From a virus (taxonomy: Duplodnaviria; Caudoviricetes), in IMG/VR virus record IMGVR_UViG_3300028591_000100, positions 90,704 through 154,703 of that record: DNA of 64,000 bases; one strand, given 5' to 3'. Numbering within the stretch: position 1 is the first letter of the stretch; the number at the start of each line of letters is the position of its first letter. Positions 61,603 through 64,000 of this stretch are shown here, in pieces. Made by a program: the position numbers and the translations under genes. Below the pieces are notes generated by a model, which saw only the letters and a list, made by a program, of their open reading frames with translations, searched no databases and was not told where the DNA came from.

Positions 61603-61630
61603 TTGACCTTTTATAAAATTCTGATATAAT
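61603..61630 (+). promoter_or_regulatory. SigmaA-type promoter (rightward)
   Basis: TTGACC-N16-TATAAT with extended -10 TG. Confidence 0.7.
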
Positions 61631-61683
61631 ATAATTGTAAGCAAAACCCACTCAATGCAGGGGTAATAAAGGAGGTAACAAAT

Positions 61684-62043
61684 ATGCACGGTAGTAATAG
61701 TGAAAAATTGAGTGTGGAAGAACTCGTATACAATTACAATTTAGAAAATAGTTGCAAAACAAATATTAGAATTTATGAGGGGAAGAATCCGAAGTGTTGG
61801 CTAATAAAAGCAGTGGCACCATATTGCGGTGGACATAAGGTTGTTTTTGATCCAGCTCATGAATTAAGAATCGGTGAGTACACAGGTGCTTATTATTGTA
61901 ACACAATGTCAGAATTAAAAGAAATAGTTCAATATCTTTATAACGAGTCTCTTCTAGAAGACGCACCAAGTAAATCAGAAGATGTTTTAGATCAGAGGGA
62001 CACGAAGAGATATTCATGCTTTAGTAGGCATATTAACGAATAA
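61684..62043 (+). CDS. Hypothetical protein
   Basis: 119 aa, AGGAGGT RBS, follows the promoter. Confidence 0.65.
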   Translation: MHGSNSEKLSVEELVYNYNLENSCKTNIRIYEGKNPKCWLIKAVAPYCGGHKVVFDPAHELRIGEYTGAYYCNTMSELKEIVQYLYNESLLEDAPSKSEDVLDQRDTKRYSCFSRHINE

Positions 62044-62118
62044 TTTTTATAATGATTTTATAAGTTCAAAATCTCCACACAATGATGTGGGGCTTTTATA
62101 GATAGGAGGGCGTTTTAA

Positions 62119-64000
62119 ATGCCAGTTGTACAGAATCTGTATCAGATTTTTAAATTAAATGCTTCGTTCTTGGTAGAGAATAACTGTAATGTAAAAAACT
62201 ACACAATTACACAAGGACTTAAAGATGGGAATGTTGTTTCCATCGGGGATAATATTATATTTCAACAATTAAGATATATGCATGGTGATTATCGTGAACA
62301 TACTGTCTTATTTAATCAAGTTCAACGATTAAGAGCAAACGAACATGCATATAAAAAGCAAGGTAAATACAAAGAGGCTAGTATCTTAAATCGACACATT
62401 ACAAATATACTATTCGTAAAAGATATAGTGAATGTGTATCTTGACAAAAAGAAGTCAGACTTTCATGCGTTTAGAACAAAAGGTTTTTATCTAAATGATG
62501 TTCATTATGTTTATCTTTGTAGCGGCAGTGGTCAGATCAGACGTAACACTGCAACCTTTATCAATGAAGCTTATCAAGCTCAAATGATAAAAAATATTAA
62601 CTGTGGCTTAGATGAGAAAACATCTCAATTCGTTTTAGCTAAATATAGCGCATATTTCGCCTTAGCGTTCTCTTCTATTTTATGGGTTAGAACACCAAGA
62701 GTATGCGTTGTAAAAGACTTTTATAGAACTCTTGCACAAGAGCCTGTAGATTTCATCTTACACGATGAAAACGGCAAAGGCTATCTTGAGGAACGTAAAA
62801 TGGACTTAGAATTAAACTGCGCTGATGGACAAGGCTTAATTGACCCATACTTTGCACAGCTATGGTCTGAAGATATGCATCTGCAATATATACCAAGTTC
62901 ATTTGTAGCTCGTTCTTGTTTTATTAAAGGTAATTTAGTTGCCTTTGATTTCAAAGAATATGCTCATCAACATAATATTTTTACTATCCGCGATAAGTGG
63001 GGTAAAGAATATAATATCGATGAAATAGATGTTTTGTTGTCTGAATCACAGTTTAAGACACACAAATATTATAGTAGTTGGGATGACTATGTTGCTTATG
63101 CTAAAAAAGCTAATATCCACTGGGGGGTGGCACGTTATAATAAACGTGAGGACGATGAATATGTTTTAGCTAATTATCAATACATTCAAGCTTTAACTCT
63201 TTCTCAAGAGGATATTAAACAGCTAATTCAACCAACTGTTAAATGGATTAACCAAATCTGCAGTGGTGATTTAATTTATACCCTATTGTACGCCTTTGGA
63301 ACTAAAAACTCCGAAGTAGAGTTTGATAGTGTATATGGCTCAGCGCAAACAGCTGCAATGAAAGCTCTTATTAAAAATCAAGCTTTCTTAAAGGATTCAT
63401 ATATTCAAAGAAAGGTTTATAAGAATATTACAGAATCTATTAATCATGCTAAAATTGGCAAGATATGGATACATGGAAATTATCAATTTATGATAGCAGA
63501 CCCTGTCGCACAATGTCAAGCAGCTTTAGGCCTTGAACCCACTGGAGTGTTAGGGCGAAATGAAATCTACTCTAACTTCTGGCGTGAGCGTAAGGATGCA
63601 AATTGCATGGTAGATTGTTGTCGTTCACCTATGATTGATCAACATGAACACAACCCCATGACTGTTATTGTAGACAATGAGGATGCAAATTATTGGTATC
63701 GTTATATTACCTCTGGGGTAATTTACAATACATATGATACTTCTTGTTTCCGTCACGAAGATTCAGATTATGACGGTGATATAGTTCTAACAACAGATAA
63801 TGAATTTTTCATCAAAGGAGCCCATAAAGACCACAATATCATTACATATGAAAAAGGCCTAGCAACTCCTGCTAAAATGACAATACCCAATATCACCGCA
63901 ACAGTTATCAAAGGTTTTGGTACAGGCGTAGGTGGATTCTCAAATACTGCTACAATTTTATATTCAATGGCAGCCATCTTCGATAAGCCAGGGCATGAAG
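62119..64000 (+). CDS. YonO-like single-subunit two-barrel RNA polymerase, truncated at the window's right edge
   Basis: ATG at 62119 after AGGAGG; not in the ORF track, consistent with no stop in the window. DGQG, FIKGNL, CRSP and in-frame DSDYDGD (63760-63780) match the RdRP/YonO family; divergent from the late region. Confidence 0.85.
   Translation, partial: MPVVQNLYQIFKLNASFLVENNCNVKNYTITQGLKDGNVVSIGDNIIFQQLRYMHGDYREHTVLFNQVQRLRANEHAYKKQGKYKEASILNRHITNILFVKDIVNVYLDKKKSDFHAFRTKGFYLNDVHYVYLCSGSGQIRRNTATFINEAYQAQMIKNINCGLDEKTSQFVLAKYSAYFALAFSSILWVRTPRVCVVKDFYRTLAQEPVDFILHDENGKGYLEERKMDLELNCADGQGLIDPYFAQLWSEDMHLQYIPSSFVARSCFIKGNLVAFDFKEYAHQHNIFTIRDKWGKEYNIDEIDVLLSESQFKTHKYYSSWDDYVAYAKKANIHWGVARYNKREDDEYVLANYQYIQALTLSQEDIKQLIQPTVKWINQICSGDLIYTLLYAFGTKNSEVEFDSVYGSAQTAAMKALIKNQAFLKDSYIQRKVYKNITESINHAKIGKIWIHGNYQFMIADPVAQCQAALGLEPTGVLGRNEIYSNFWRERKDANCMVDCCRSPMIDQHEHNPMTVIVDNEDANYWYRYITSGVIYNTYDTSCFRHEDSDYDGDIVLTTDNEFFIKGAHKDHNIITYEKGLATPAKMTIPNITATVIKGFGTGVGGFSNTATILYSMAAIFDKPGHE

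Overview
The window is part of a large, AT-rich tailed phage genome organised like SPbeta/c-st-type phages. The host is probably an anaerobic Bacillota (class III RNR, glycyl-radical protein, HPr-like gene, sigmaA-type promoters). Almost all of it is a minus-strand late region. From right to left it holds a metallophosphoesterase, terminase, portal, prohead protease, capsid, head-tail and tail genes, a holin, RuvC and a tyrosine recombinase. Next comes an accessory block (intron-split nrdD, nrdG, tRNAs, HPr-like, GrcA-like, two large non-coding RNAs), then a group I intron-split tape-measure gene of about 4,034 aa, baseplate genes and a repeat-rich fibre gene that runs off the left edge. A divergent YonO-like RNA polymerase runs off the right edge. 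Main highlights: (1) the tape-measure protein carries an N-terminal two-barrel RNA polymerase signature (NRxPT...DMDGD) and a PD-(D/E)XK nuclease-like domain; (2) a promoter-driven, ORF-free, hairpin-dense region of about 2.65 kb built from internally repeated modules looks like a giant structured RNA; (3) a second RNA of about 650 nt is closed by a 28-bp stem; (4) there are two atypical tRNA-like genes, an initiator-like body with a CAC anticodon and a 46-nt acceptor/T-arm minihelix. All calls come from reading motifs by eye; no database searches were run.
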